From: Giardia intestinalis
Lineage: Eukaryota
Assembly (NCBI GenBank): GCA_000002435.2
Contig: CM018790.1
Length of the DNA stretch: 64,000 bases
Direction: 5' to 3' (one strand)
Shown here: positions 28,501 through 37,677 of the stretch, piece by piece
Layout: each line of letters starts with the position of its first letter
How positions within the stretch are numbered: position 1 is the first letter of the stretch
Position numbers and translations under genes: made by a program
The notes under the pieces: model-generated
Seen by the model: only the letters and a program-made list of their open reading frames with translations
What the model was told of the DNA's origin: nothing
Database searches by the model: none

Positions 28501-31097
28501 CAGACGTATTCAGCTATCCGCTAATCGTAGACCTAACTATTCAGGACCTTGTCCGCATGTCTAAGACCTATGCCTCTGAGTACTTCTACCCTATGCTTGT
28601 AGCTATCGTTCTGGACGCTGATATGAGCTCTAGCGATATGGACACCGACGTGTCTTCTGCCCTTTACATACTCTCTGTTCTTTTGAAGCATCTGCCGCCT
28701 CCTGCCGACACTGTTAGTGAGCAGCTGATTGGTAAGGTGTCCCTCTGTCTATCTAGCTCCAATGTGCTGATTTCGTACAGCGCTGCTAATCTCTTTTCGT
28801 CATTCGGTGCTGGTGGCGAAGCTTCTATAGATGTTACGTCTATAGTCGTCGACCCGCTACTTACCGACGTTCTTGAGTCTAGTAGCTCTGCTGACAAATC
28901 CATTGTCACTTTGGTGTCTCTTTGTCACAAGAAGAGGGCCACCATGGTGACTGTGATAGATAGACTGTTGACTATACTTGAGGAGGACTTGCTGGGAACT
29001 TGTGAAAAGAACCAGAGAGTCGCACGATTTATGGAAGAGTGCTTGACAGGTCTCCCGAGACCGTTCTACTCTGCCGTAAAGGATATCTTCCAGAGAGTGT
29101 CTAGATCCCTTTCATCACTAAGCGAAGAAGCTCTCTCAGATACCGATCTCCTCGTCAACTTTAAGACACATCCAGTCGGTTGCATCCTGAAGGCAATCGT
29201 TCTATGTATTGGAGATGATAAAGACTCGTTACTGATGCTCGAACGGTATTGCAGAGATAACTTTGAGTCTCCGTTCTTTGGTCAGCTTGTTTGTGCGTTT
29301 TATGTACTCCAGCTTCTCCTGGATCCGTCTAGCTCCGATGATCTGTACGTAAGCATCATCAATGATTCTGATTATATCAAGGCTATTCTGCGTGCAGTGT
29401 GCTTAGCTATGAGCCGTAGGGGTTTAGCAGGAAGCATACTGGCTACGATGAATGTGCTGCACAGCCTAACTAAGTCTGCTGGGGCGAGCAACTACGATTT
29501 TCTAACAGCATTTGCATATGGTCTGTATATGGGGCTGCGCTCAGCATTGGCGTTGAACTCAGGCCATCTCGTGGTGGCCACCCAGGTAGATCTCTCTCCC
29601 CTTTTGGATATCCTGATGTCTCTACTGTCAAACAAGCTGACGACAAACGAGTCTGTTCAGAATGCTGTATTTACTAGCAGTCTCTTTCTCTTGCACACTG
29701 CTGGGAGCGTGCCCCATGGGCAAAAATCAAGCCCTGGAGTTGCGACGGTGATCATTGATGAGGTGCCTATTTTCGTCAACACAGAAGAGGCAACAAAGCC
29801 TTTGAAGCCCTATGTTACACGCCTTGTTGGGCGAACTTTGAATATACTGAATGACCAGCTTCCTCTGGACATTAGATCAAAACTTCTTGACATGCTGAGC
29901 ACCATTCTTGCTCTATCGCCAGCCAATTGCAGGATCTTTGAAGGATCTATTCGCATAACTATTATGACTAAGAAAGGACTCACCTCCGCAGCCAAAGATG
30001 TTCGCACAGCGGCTGCAAGAGTAATTAGAACGTTAACTAAGATAACCACAAAACCAGAGCAGTTAGCATATATTCTACTGTCCCTGGCTGTATCGTACAG
30101 CTCTGCGACGCACCAAGTTGCAATCTCTTCTGAGAGCGTGGACATTAATGTCTCTGTACTATCGTGTCTTGCAGATCTTTTGCAGACTGTGACTCTTAAC
30201 CAGTCAGCACCTTTGAGCAAGATTGCTACCTTGCCATTGACGCAATCAATTCTGGACTCAATTATATCTTACATATATCGCTGTTACGTTTTTGATGCTA
30301 TTCCTGCCTATAAGGGCCCTGCAGCTGAATGTGTCGCTTCGGCCGTTCTGCAGCTTCCAGCTGACAAAGCAATAGAGTGTATTATGAACTATGTCTTTGA
30401 AAAGAGTCCAGATAATCTGATAACTGCCGAACAAAATCGCATAGCCCTTAAGCTCATAACAGCAACTCCGGTGAAGCTTTCAGCAGAGACAGCCCAACCG
30501 TCTGGAATAGAACTTCTGCTGCTAGCCCATGAGGCATACAATAGGCTTAATGGAATCAGTGAGCTAATCGACTGTTGGCTCAAGCAGCGCATAGACAAGG
30601 CATCAGAGTCGCACGACCACCTTGTTCTTCTGGAGTTATACGCTGAGGTGTTCCATGTGGCAGGATCGTTTGTTTCTACCGCTGGCACCTCTTCGCCTCT
30701 GTGCGCTAAGATCACTGAGCTTATTGCTCCTAGTATTAACTGTCTTGAGACTGTTCTTAGAGTGCTCGTCAACCCAGCCCAAAAGGGAACCACCGATCAC
30801 AAATTGGCGACTATTGCTATCCTCAGCCGTTGCGTCTCCAGTGGCGAGCTTTCGGAGGCTCACCTCAAGCTTCTAGCAATATACATTGCCGTAGAGCTGA
30901 AGATTCTTCTTTGTGACAAGAGTCAGCCGGTAATGACAGCGGCAGAGGAGCTATTTGTGTCCCTATTCCGCTTGCAGTATGGTATGGACTTTGCAATGTC
31001 GATATTTACTCAGCTAAAAGAATCGAACGAGGGCTTCGCCAAGGAGCTCCAGGCTTACTCCGAGATGCTCAGGAAGAGGCTCAGAGCGCACAGCTAG
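22599..31097 (+). CDS. GCN1: GCN1-like giant HEAT-repeat protein (2832 aa)
   Basis: Alpha-solenoid throughout. The central segment SEVNAKVKEAAQKTMDIITLSVQSPDIRPYVSRILAAFTDPS aligns with the conserved eEF3-like GCN1 core (VKVQKAGQQALRQIGSVIRNPEI...LLDALTDPS). The preceding WNERYGALTLMYCIC resembles GCN1 W..KKGSVQLLGAMAYC. The size also matches GCN1 (about 2600-2900 aa). Confidence 0.55.
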   Translation: MSGRHSSEQEIEKLTKQAEETLVLDHLPAIAKYGSTEQILRLWPIMLTDARRLTGRYIRSYEYVLRYALKHVDDSLPAEVERLLGCLTSLMQRQPTAFLTFLVESLSHWHTYVIASVKLRDYLLSLLFDAYLEDKPRVDSTKLRAAILNCRDSSFTICRIISGDLSMQKKTSLTIRNIDSLLSLLTQSRDSHISNEYDLLINKLGEVLNAKASTRLQGTLLFLLNTTQNPATTLANLADTFKLYLGEDVFLHLLRIYGSSVAVTEPFVDEIPIDSDYFDQKLAVIEASYLKSPLVTLDTIFTVLHEYCRQASTDTLLASFSLFWSRLYKLLLHTDTIHSTYTPVVGLLLTCLASIFASSLHREERIRTWEEILYQGLIARAFNDVDHLALLNASFRAIGPLPADHGKLWLCLAYMHFSVRTNLIRGYSWSAPTRVSISSFDSCSQLLYKLICSVDLQVFFRQTRHLLTHSSISCLVTSLCQSMRLDPSIAELLSLTDKDRSILCASSQTVSDLHSPRLQPPEMPKLDPDDLKGEQQYKQSLAKYNEVRAQVLAFEDTRRKHILGLLDSLEQRIWTYVTAWASFPSQFVASTLKQATALALELASAVDGLSSSSASALVKILVALLNYGLSLCIEKALNKCSSDTHEDTGPGGKFRYSFIPCYIHNPAFLIMAIILLIKRTGEQSNRQLYDHFLSILSSNDVQARIRQQNRLYMQIAFTNCLANNVLVGGESFQSLAYLSNVACYTLSSQSTVGHGSYFMLQAAMPLFHAFLDVEDKTVVTLSAKQLIFEYMNAVLVVTPEAVQQSMPRQFYRDFLEQLLKLLDYGESSRLGRTILKIFCENIPFSCVDSSIIQPLLKNMSHPTQRSNRHMAIDGLMALKFTTQDLQHRPSLINTPELCCQFFIARTEFPLDNFDRFIASHLHTPLLVEQPVGLLRAFLTYVLTTNCSLYVLGLFPKTLENLLGRLLQYEQRTIYLAYIILINKLVCSYTTVEDSPVDVGTPAAFLRRQLWTAISIVTQLLTANNITVFQCQQAVTVLGAPELLLAGSLSMLPSHSFPIACNITLNEHSSEKHRRIQKLREECLFVRCNTSAPEDLKVNPHLVVVPNYFSEDIVLDTLRASPYIFVHQDPAELSCLELLVRFALVVGFLDFDESCRRSCVDAISSIFMSYGVKYKNQICFIKSSTRNDYMASVVIPESAIYLAQSAVDYGTLLLKHGNFYKYLLHQESLIHYLDINGISSIITVLTDVCSWLPCSHSFRDQFFDFLTEALKLQDNTDSRVLYHAIVRNVSRAFPPDAPEALEYAIKVLIPRFGDTCIKHLDTYPGAPFALAGISAYYGLECLIGDQGVISTYLLPLFGPADHISTLGKASTTEVRQILVALALLEGLYIGFGQLFEPCLVLVLPYILKLSGSPNKTIAQRLDEIHEKLLGNLSPFGMQYILSTLLKALDASSDWNERYGALTLMYCICTFNSAVISHSLLKSIIFSMLPRVIPVVLDIIVSEVNAKVKEAAQKTMDIITLSVQSPDIRPYVSRILAAFTDPSLLRDILCDVSDIKFKTKLDGASLTLLVPLCRKAITMPTATIYSIGRNRMDGVHTKVLACECLALCCKISNTMDLKEHAALIKQSLKSTLIETRPEIRSAGAKSLAILATAIPADANGIVNELWSSIFLKSKVPYAEAHGLAEAISTVLVDLDRADELYQHLRLFYYFRCNWTFGKQSLEISDTMADHLCRQYQSANAVTFLLILQYMTKRIVERKDLDQEAEFIKLFFREAFSMIFISAMDNVQDASYFLDVRSQIARILATSFLGTDNSQIESILQTIKIFAFSEDHSTRALCASLTADIISDLGSETMSTILESQPDDKSKKAKALLNEAYYSLGERSEKTKIFIPDNAVKHAITRLGKSNFELLMSIIFVLRLDPVSEVRTQAMTTWKAIVQKPLEMTRECMPNINKLLFEMSNCIDPTEVVEPDVFSYPLIVDLTIQDLVRMSKTYASEYFYPMLVAIVLDADMSSSDMDTDVSSALYILSVLLKHLPPPADTVSEQLIGKVSLCLSSSNVLISYSAANLFSSFGAGGEASIDVTSIVVDPLLTDVLESSSSADKSIVTLVSLCHKKRATMVTVIDRLLTILEEDLLGTCEKNQRVARFMEECLTGLPRPFYSAVKDIFQRVSRSLSSLSEEALSDTDLLVNFKTHPVGCILKAIVLCIGDDKDSLLMLERYCRDNFESPFFGQLVCAFYVLQLLLDPSSSDDLYVSIINDSDYIKAILRAVCLAMSRRGLAGSILATMNVLHSLTKSAGASNYDFLTAFAYGLYMGLRSALALNSGHLVVATQVDLSPLLDILMSLLSNKLTTNESVQNAVFTSSLFLLHTAGSVPHGQKSSPGVATVIIDEVPIFVNTEEATKPLKPYVTRLVGRTLNILNDQLPLDIRSKLLDMLSTILALSPANCRIFEGSIRITIMTKKGLTSAAKDVRTAAARVIRTLTKITTKPEQLAYILLSLAVSYSSATHQVAISSESVDINVSVLSCLADLLQTVTLNQSAPLSKIATLPLTQSILDSIISYIYRCYVFDAIPAYKGPAAECVASAVLQLPADKAIECIMNYVFEKSPDNLITAEQNRIALKLITATPVKLSAETAQPSGIELLLLAHEAYNRLNGISELIDCWLKQRIDKASESHDHLVLLELYAEVFHVAGSFVSTAGTSSPLCAKITELIAPSINCLETVLRVLVNPAQKGTTDHKLATIAILSRCVSSGELSEAHLKLLAIYIAVELKILLCDKSQPVMTAAEELFVSLFRLQYGMDFAMSIFTQLKESNEGFAKELQAYSEMLRKRLRAHS

Positions 31098-31125
31098 TAA
31101 ACTTAGAATCGCTTTCTTTTCAAAA

Positions 31126-34100
31126 ATGGAGGCTCTCCTGGATTTCTCTCAGCCATTCAACTATTCACTTTTCGTACAAGTTGTAGAAGCCTACCAGCAA
31201 ACAGTAGACTACTCCTTGAAGCAGAGGGCCGCTGATGTGCTGCGACAGTTTCAGGATTCTCCCCAATCAAGCCAATTGTGTATGAACATTTTGTCTCAGG
31301 ACCGCTCCACCCAGACCCCAATGGTTCGCTTTTTTGGTTTTTCTCTATTAGAAACGTTTATTAGGCGGAGCTGGTACGTTATCCCCACGGAGCAGCAACA
31401 AGAATTGTGTTCCTATATAATGAGCTTCGCAGCCCAAACATTAAGTGTTGATGACGTTGTCAGACGTAAGTATCTGACCATTTTCACCTTGATTGCCCTC
31501 TACACGTACCCATCGTCTTACAGTACCTTCCTCAGTGATGTCCTGTCCATGCGCAGCACTCCACTGGACAGGATAAATTCTGTCACAATTCTGACGTCCT
31601 TTTTCGAAGACTTTCGAGTACGTGATGAGCTGCTGAGTGGCCAGAAGCAGGCTATCCAGAGACAGCTATCTTCTGAGATCTCGAACATCCTATTGTATCT
31701 CATGGATTTGTTACGTGATGCATGTGCACAGAGAGATATCTTTCTGCTTTCCTTGCTTCTCAAGCTGTTGGTGGCAGTTGTTTCTTTTTGTGACAATACA
31801 ATCAAGATAGATCAACTGCTACCTTTTATTGATTCTCTCCTTGAATATTGTCATCAGATACTGTCCTTTGGGAACCAGGAGATCTACCACCTTTCTCTGC
31901 AGGCCCTCGGCCATATTTATGCAACCCTAAAGTCTCAGCCAGACGCGCTTATGCTGAAGCTTTCAACGTTCTTTTATAGCACTTGGGACGTGGTATCGCA
32001 GAGCTATAAGGCAAAAGTAGAGGCATGTGCTACAGGCAGCTCTCATGCGCCGCCTGGAGTCGATCCAGGGCTGTCCCCTCTATCTTATAACATAATTACG
32101 TTACCGCCGGCAAACACCGCTCATGCATGCTCGGGGCAGCAGCCAGTGCTTACAGGAGAGGCCCTTTTTTCTCTCTCGTTCTTTCTTCGCAGCGTCTTCA
32201 CTAGCTGTCTGGACCAAGTGGAGAAGATCGCCAGCAGTTCTATACCACCAGACAGTATTGATGTCACGATATGCCTCCGTCAGGTTGCGTCCAAGCGCAT
32301 TGGAAGCGAAAAGCTTCTGGAGCTTGCCCTACTCAAGTACCGATCAGCCCTTCAGCTTCTCGTAGCAATCCTTGTCTTCCAGAAGGTAAGCTTTGATGTC
32401 GTTGACATTCAGTTAATAGAGTTTTTTTCCTTTTTGGCTAAAAGGGCACAATCCTGCAATACTTCCAATCCCGCATTCAAAAGAATGGAGCTCTACACAG
32501 ATATCTTCACTGCCGTTCAGCGTTTTACCATTGGTAACATACCCCCTCCAATAGAAGTACTCGTCTATGTCGATGAATATGGCAATTTGATGAAGAGAGA
32601 GCTTGAAGACAGTGAAAAGCTGAACACGTTTGCTGTCATGAGCAAGACCATTGAGGCAACCACACGTGCAATCAAAACATCTGTTGCCATCAAGGATCTA
32701 CTATCCGATCTGTCGAAGCAATTCTCGGTTCCTGCTGTGAACTCCATTGCATGGTCCCTCCCTGCTGTTGCTCGCAGCATCAAGTCCTCAGACTCCCTTA
32801 TCATCACGACAATCAATCACCTTGTTGATCTATCATCCATTCTTGTGTCAATTGAACACAAAATATGCATAGCGAGTGGCATTGTATATATTTGCAGCCA
32901 AATGCCCCTCTTTGTTGACACAAAGGAAAGCATATTCCTTGTCATATTGAACAAGATGCTCTTCTTCACTAGTTTTCCTAACGAGCACCTCCAAGAGATG
33001 TCGGTCCGGTGCTTTGCCCTTCTGATGAATAATATCAAGGGCAGTGCCTTTTTTGAGTCTGCCGGCTTTCGAAGTTTCCTCCGGAACATTCCACAGATAG
33101 CAATGCAGATCCCGTCGTCACTTATCATCATCCTCTATGAAAGCATCTCACGACGCATAAGTGACAGCTCCAGCACCTTCATGGACTACGTGGGGCCTCT
33201 GTTTGAAATGCTCGATGGAGTGCTCTCGCAGTACCCTCCAGTGAGCATAGAAACGTTGAGCACCATAAGCACACTATACTCCATCTTCAGCGGTATATGT
33301 GAGGGCGTCGCAGGCAAAACTAACGGAGAGATATTTGCTTCCTCATACTCCCACTTCATGGGGAGGACTCTCAAGCTATACACCTTTATTCATGAGCACA
33401 TTATATCATCATCTAATGACCCCAATCTGCATAATATTTTCTGCACTGTGAGAAGGGCAATCTCGAACTTCCTGGAAATGCTAATGCGAGCAAGCGCCTA
33501 CAACCACATACGTGTTTGGTTTTTGAACACATCTGTGGGTACCAATATTGCTCTCCCAGACAGCAACTCGGTGCGTCCCGATATGCTTGCGCTTCTTGGA
33601 GCCTACAAGCAATTTTTAGACCCGATCAATGCAACACAACAAAGCAAGATTGATGTGCAATTTGCTCGGTTTGCTCACGCTCTATTTGAACGAATTTCCC
33701 TACTGTCGAGCGATGCTGACAAGGACGATCTAATAGGTATATACTTCAATGAGGTGCTGGCACCAATCCTAAAGTTCTTGGCAACAACTGGCTTTGCCGC
33801 ACACGCAGATTTAGCAGACGTCTTTATCGAGAGTATTTGCCAAACGCTCACCACTTGTAATGCGTATCTTAGACGACAAGGAAGCGAGTTTCTGCATGTG
33901 TTTCTGGAATTCATCCCGCCAATCATCCGGGCTGTAAGCGAGAGCAATCTTTTCTACAAACACTATGCGCTATGCTTTAAAGCTCTCACAACTCTTGCTG
34001 ATATGCTTATGATGCGAGAGCCGTTGGCGGTCAGCGTCTTGTCTGTTTTGTTTGTCGACACAATTAGATTGCTGAATAAAAGCATCATTCCGAGTGAGTA

Positions 34101-34293
34101 TGCACTGCTCAGTGCATGGTGGGAGCTTCTTCAAAGAACGAATGAGCCTGACATGGAGGCCAAGGTGTTCTACTGCATATCCCCATCTATAACGGTTAAC
34201 ATGATAAGCTACTTTAGGAACGGCCTTATAGAGCGCAACGAGGCAATTACCAGAGATCTCTTTGTGGTTTTGCGCACGCTTCTATGGTTTTGA
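31126..34293 (+). CDS. Exportin of the importin-beta superfamily, CRM1/exportin-1-like
   Basis: N-terminus MEALLDFSQPFNYSLFVQVVEAYQQ...RAADVLRQFQDSPQSSQLCMNILSQ...FGFSLLETFIRRSWYVIP matches the CRM1 importin-beta N-terminal domain (LLDFSQKLDINLLDNVVNCLY...ILENVIKTRWKILP). It is a 1055-aa all-helical repeat protein. Confidence 0.6.
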   Translation: MEALLDFSQPFNYSLFVQVVEAYQQTVDYSLKQRAADVLRQFQDSPQSSQLCMNILSQDRSTQTPMVRFFGFSLLETFIRRSWYVIPTEQQQELCSYIMSFAAQTLSVDDVVRRKYLTIFTLIALYTYPSSYSTFLSDVLSMRSTPLDRINSVTILTSFFEDFRVRDELLSGQKQAIQRQLSSEISNILLYLMDLLRDACAQRDIFLLSLLLKLLVAVVSFCDNTIKIDQLLPFIDSLLEYCHQILSFGNQEIYHLSLQALGHIYATLKSQPDALMLKLSTFFYSTWDVVSQSYKAKVEACATGSSHAPPGVDPGLSPLSYNIITLPPANTAHACSGQQPVLTGEALFSLSFFLRSVFTSCLDQVEKIASSSIPPDSIDVTICLRQVASKRIGSEKLLELALLKYRSALQLLVAILVFQKVSFDVVDIQLIEFFSFLAKRAQSCNTSNPAFKRMELYTDIFTAVQRFTIGNIPPPIEVLVYVDEYGNLMKRELEDSEKLNTFAVMSKTIEATTRAIKTSVAIKDLLSDLSKQFSVPAVNSIAWSLPAVARSIKSSDSLIITTINHLVDLSSILVSIEHKICIASGIVYICSQMPLFVDTKESIFLVILNKMLFFTSFPNEHLQEMSVRCFALLMNNIKGSAFFESAGFRSFLRNIPQIAMQIPSSLIIILYESISRRISDSSSTFMDYVGPLFEMLDGVLSQYPPVSIETLSTISTLYSIFSGICEGVAGKTNGEIFASSYSHFMGRTLKLYTFIHEHIISSSNDPNLHNIFCTVRRAISNFLEMLMRASAYNHIRVWFLNTSVGTNIALPDSNSVRPDMLALLGAYKQFLDPINATQQSKIDVQFARFAHALFERISLLSSDADKDDLIGIYFNEVLAPILKFLATTGFAAHADLADVFIESICQTLTTCNAYLRRQGSEFLHVFLEFIPPIIRAVSESNLFYKHYALCFKALTTLADMLMMREPLAVSVLSVLFVDTIRLLNKSIIPSEYALLSAWWELLQRTNEPDMEAKVFYCISPSITVNMISYFRNGLIERNEAITRDLFVVLRTLLWF

Positions 34294-34372
34294 ACCTCCG
34301 TACTGCTATCGAGTTGTTTGAACTATAAAATAAAAAACGACAAATCCAAGAAATATCTTGCGCCGATAGACC

Positions 34373-35509
34373 ATGATTTTAGAATACAGAGGCCCTATCC
34401 AAGATGGTTGCATGCACGGTAGAGGTGAGGCTATGTATAGTAATGGAGAGACGTACGTGGGCGATTGGTACAAGGGAAAGAGGCACGGTCAGGGCAGGTA
34501 CACGAATGCAGACGGAAGTTACTATGAGGGATCCTGGGAAGACGATGTTATCCACGGTAAGGGAACCTTCGTTTTCAGCAACGGAAATGTGTACCAAGGT
34601 GACTGGAACCACGGCGAGACCCATGGCATGGGTATCATAACGTACGCGTGCGGAGACGCCTACGAAGGCCAGTGGGAGAACGGGAAGATGTGCGGACACG
34701 GAAAGTTTGTGTACCGCGAGGGCGATATCTACGAGGGCGAGTTTCTCGACGACGAGCGGCATGGAGTGGGATCGATGACCTACGTTGATCCCCAGAACAC
34801 GTCTAGGGTCATAGAGAAGTACGAGGGCCAATGGGTTAGAGGAGTGATGCATGGACAGGGGATTTTGCGCCTTCAAGACGGCTCTGTCTACGAAGGAACG
34901 TTCGAGAATGACACCATGGGTGGGACTGACCCCATGGACCAGACACGGGGCAAGCATGGCGTGTTGGTGTACTCTGGAGAGGACCCCATCTACATGAAGT
35001 ACACAGGAGAATTCAAGGACGACAAGAGGCATGGCGAGGGCGTCCTTGAGTACAAGAATGGACAGGTGTACAAGGGGCGTTTCTACCAAGATTTGTTTGA
35101 TGGTACTGGAGAGATGCAGTATGCGAACGGAGATGTGTATAGTGGAGAGTGGGTCCGGGGACTCAAGGAGGGCACGGGGACTATGCTATACAGGACAGGT
35201 GACACCTACAGTGGCACATGGTTCAACGATCTTCCCCACGGAAAGGGCGAGTTCCAGTACAACCATAAGACCGGCAGATGCAGGTATGTCGGCGAGTGGC
35301 GTGAAGGTCTCAGACACGGTCCGGGGACCTTTGCCGATGCACATGGAAATTCCTACACGGGGGACTGGGCCAAAGGAAAGAAGCACGGCAACGGGACCCT
35401 TGAGCTCAATGGGCACGTGCTTGTGGGGATTTGGGAAAACGGAGAGCCGAAGCAGATCATGAAGTACACCATTAACAGGGACTCCCCATGGGCCGATCCT
35501 AACTTTTGA
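34373..35509 (+). CDS. MORN-repeat protein
   Basis: At least 12 tandem MORN units (YEGSWEDDVIHGKGTFVFSNGNVYQGDWNHGETHGMG ...). Confidence 0.8.
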   Translation: MILEYRGPIQDGCMHGRGEAMYSNGETYVGDWYKGKRHGQGRYTNADGSYYEGSWEDDVIHGKGTFVFSNGNVYQGDWNHGETHGMGIITYACGDAYEGQWENGKMCGHGKFVYREGDIYEGEFLDDERHGVGSMTYVDPQNTSRVIEKYEGQWVRGVMHGQGILRLQDGSVYEGTFENDTMGGTDPMDQTRGKHGVLVYSGEDPIYMKYTGEFKDDKRHGEGVLEYKNGQVYKGRFYQDLFDGTGEMQYANGDVYSGEWVRGLKEGTGTMLYRTGDTYSGTWFNDLPHGKGEFQYNHKTGRCRYVGEWREGLRHGPGTFADAHGNSYTGDWAKGKKHGNGTLELNGHVLVGIWENGEPKQIMKYTINRDSPWADPNF

Positions 35510-35518
35510 CACGGGTTC

Positions 35519-35560
35519 TTTTACTAGATTTACTAGTTTACTTGATAGTTTACTAGATGC
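35519..35560. repeat. Degenerate tandem repeat of TTTACTAG(A) immediately 3' of the MORN gene
   Basis: TTTACTAG occurs at 35520, 35529 and 35549, with a variant TTTACTTGATAG at 35537. The repeat begins 11 nt after the stop codon. Confidence 0.6.
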
Positions 35561-35674
35561 TCTCTAGCATGAGCTTACGGCCATTGCCGCTCACGTCGTC
35601 ATTATGTGCCTTTTGTAAATGAGCATTCTCCATAAGCTGTAAACAGTGGTACAGATTCAGATCTAAGAAATTAA

Positions 35675-36616
35675 ATGCAATATCCTCCTCGCTTGGGCTT
35701 TGGAACGTGGCAGGCGCCTCCAGAGGCCGTGCAGACCGCTGTTGAGACAGCGCTCATGACTGGGTACAGGCACATCGACTGCGCCTATGTCTACCAGAAT
35801 GAGGAGGCCATTGGTCGTGCTTTTGGAAAGATCTTCAAGGATGCGTCTTCAGGAATCAAGCGCGAAGATGTCTGGATCACCTCAAAGCTATGGAACTATA
35901 ACCATCGCCCAGAACTGGTCCGTGAGCAGTGCAAGAAAACCATGTCTGACTTACAGGTGGATTACCTAGATCTCTTCCTTGTCCACTGGCCGCTTGCCTT
36001 TGTTCGTAATGACGTCGGGGATCTCTTCCCGAAGGATGCCGAAGGCCGTGCGATGCTCGAGAAGGTCCCCCTGGCCGACACATGGAGGGCAATGGAACAG
36101 CTGGTCGAGGAGGGCCTTGTGAAGCACATCGGGGTCTCGAATTACACGGTCCCTCTTTTGGCCGATCTACTAAACTACGCCAAGATCAAGCCTCTTGTGA
36201 ATCAGATCGAGATACACCCGTGGCACCCCAACGACGCTACCGTAAAGTTCTGCCTTGACAACGGAATAGGTGTGACAGCCTACTCTCCCATGGGTGGATC
36301 ATATGCAGATCCCAGGGATCCCTCTGGCACACAGAAGAACGTGATCCTTGAGTGCAAGACGCTGAAAGCAATAGCCGATGCCAAAGGGACAAGCCCGCAC
36401 TGTGTGGCGCTCGCTTGGCACGTGAAGAAGTGGAACACCTCGATGTACAGTGTCATTCCTAAGAGCCAGACGCCCGCGCGCATTGAGGCCAACTTCAAGT
36501 GCACCGAAGTACAGCTGAGCGATGATGACATGGATGCAATCAACAATATTCACTTGAACAAGAGAATCCGCTTTTGCGATCCCGCTATCTTTTGGAAGGT
36601 ACCACTGTTTGACTAG
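35675..36616 (+). CDS. Aldo-keto reductase (aldose/aldehyde reductase family)
   Basis: GFGTWQ...YRHIDCAYVYQNE...ITSKLWN...LDLFLVHWP...IGVSNY... shows canonical AKR motifs, including the catalytic Y, K, H and D positions. Confidence 0.85.
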   Translation: MQYPPRLGFGTWQAPPEAVQTAVETALMTGYRHIDCAYVYQNEEAIGRAFGKIFKDASSGIKREDVWITSKLWNYNHRPELVREQCKKTMSDLQVDYLDLFLVHWPLAFVRNDVGDLFPKDAEGRAMLEKVPLADTWRAMEQLVEEGLVKHIGVSNYTVPLLADLLNYAKIKPLVNQIEIHPWHPNDATVKFCLDNGIGVTAYSPMGGSYADPRDPSGTQKNVILECKTLKAIADAKGTSPHCVALAWHVKKWNTSMYSVIPKSQTPARIEANFKCTEVQLSDDDMDAINNIHLNKRIRFCDPAIFWKVPLFD

Positions 36617-36688
36617 ACATTTTCCATGTGGGTTCCTTCAGTTGCGAGTAAATTTTACCAAAGTATGGTTAATCTTCAATACTTCAGG

Positions 36689-37519
36689 ATGAAGGGGCTC
36701 CGCAGGCTGGTGAAGCAGATACCAAACATCCTCTCACTCTCGCGCATACCGTTGCTCTTCTCCATCACAGCGTGTCTCTTCGCCAAGTTTCCGAGCCGCT
36801 ATGCGGTGTCTTTTACTCTCTGTGTTGTGGCATCCATAACAGACTACTTAGACGGTGCTACAGCGCGCAAATTCAACGCGACGTCCGACTTTGGCAAGCT
36901 CTTTGACGCCCTCTGTGATAAGATTCTAACGGTCGGCATTTTCATCAGCTTCATAGCCACTGGGATCTACCCTCCGCTGTTCGTGTTCCCAACGCTAATA
37001 GTCCTCAGCCGAGAATTTCTGGTAACGGGCTTGCGGATGATAGCTGCATCCCGTGGGGTAGTCATGGCAGCCGAAAGAGGCGGGAAAGTGAAGACGGCAG
37101 CGCAGATGTTTGCCATCTGTGCCATCCTTTTCTCCTACACGCTGGAAGAAGCTAATATGAGTGATGGAGGGCTTCTTAACACTATCCTATACATGCTTAT
37201 CAAACCCATCCGCTTGGCCTCCCTGGTGATGTTTCTGTTCAGTTCTGTCTTGGCACTCATGAGCGGTTATACATATCTCCGGAAATATAGCTACCTGATC
37301 TCTGATCCCTCCATCAACTGCACTACAAGTCGCTCTGCTGCTCCCAATCCAGCAGTGGGTCGAGCAGCCTCACCAGCCTCTAAGCCCTATGACATCATCA
37401 GCTCGAGCAAAGCAAGTTCGAGACCAAGCAGGGCTTCCGCCGTCTCCATAAAGCCAGAAGCGTCTGACCCCATCTGCAGTCCTGCTCTTCCGGCCCCACC
37501 TCCACCAAAATTTGATTAA
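36689..37519 (+). CDS. Bacterial-type PgsA (CDP-diacylglycerol--glycerol-3-phosphate 3-phosphatidyltransferase, PGP synthase)
   Basis: CDP-alcohol phosphatidyltransferase signature DYLDGATARKFNATSDFGKLFDALCDK (DGx2ARx8Gx3Dx3D). It is collinear with E. coli PgsA (NIPTLLTLFRV..., [42 protein letters not shown]). The open frame extends to ATG 36626, only 9 nt after the upstream stop; I prefer ATG 36689 because of its A/T-rich leader and its alignment with PgsA N-termini. The C-terminus is Ser/Pro-rich. Confidence 0.7.
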   Translation: MKGLRRLVKQIPNILSLSRIPLLFSITACLFAKFPSRYAVSFTLCVVASITDYLDGATARKFNATSDFGKLFDALCDKILTVGIFISFIATGIYPPLFVFPTLIVLSREFLVTGLRMIAASRGVVMAAERGGKVKTAAQMFAICAILFSYTLEEANMSDGGLLNTILYMLIKPIRLASLVMFLFSSVLALMSGYTYLRKYSYLISDPSINCTTSRSAAPNPAVGRAASPASKPYDIISSSKASSRPSRASAVSIKPEASDPICSPALPAPPPPKFD

Positions 37520-37677
37520 CAATGTCAGCCAATGAAGTACCTGACTAGTGGCCTCAAGGTGCAGAGGCATGGAGCACGGGAACGAAAGAACAAAAGCAAT
37601 CATACAATGTCTAAAAATTATGAACAGGTAAACCTCCATTTACGTTTAACTTTGATAGCACATCAGGAGGCCCAGCT

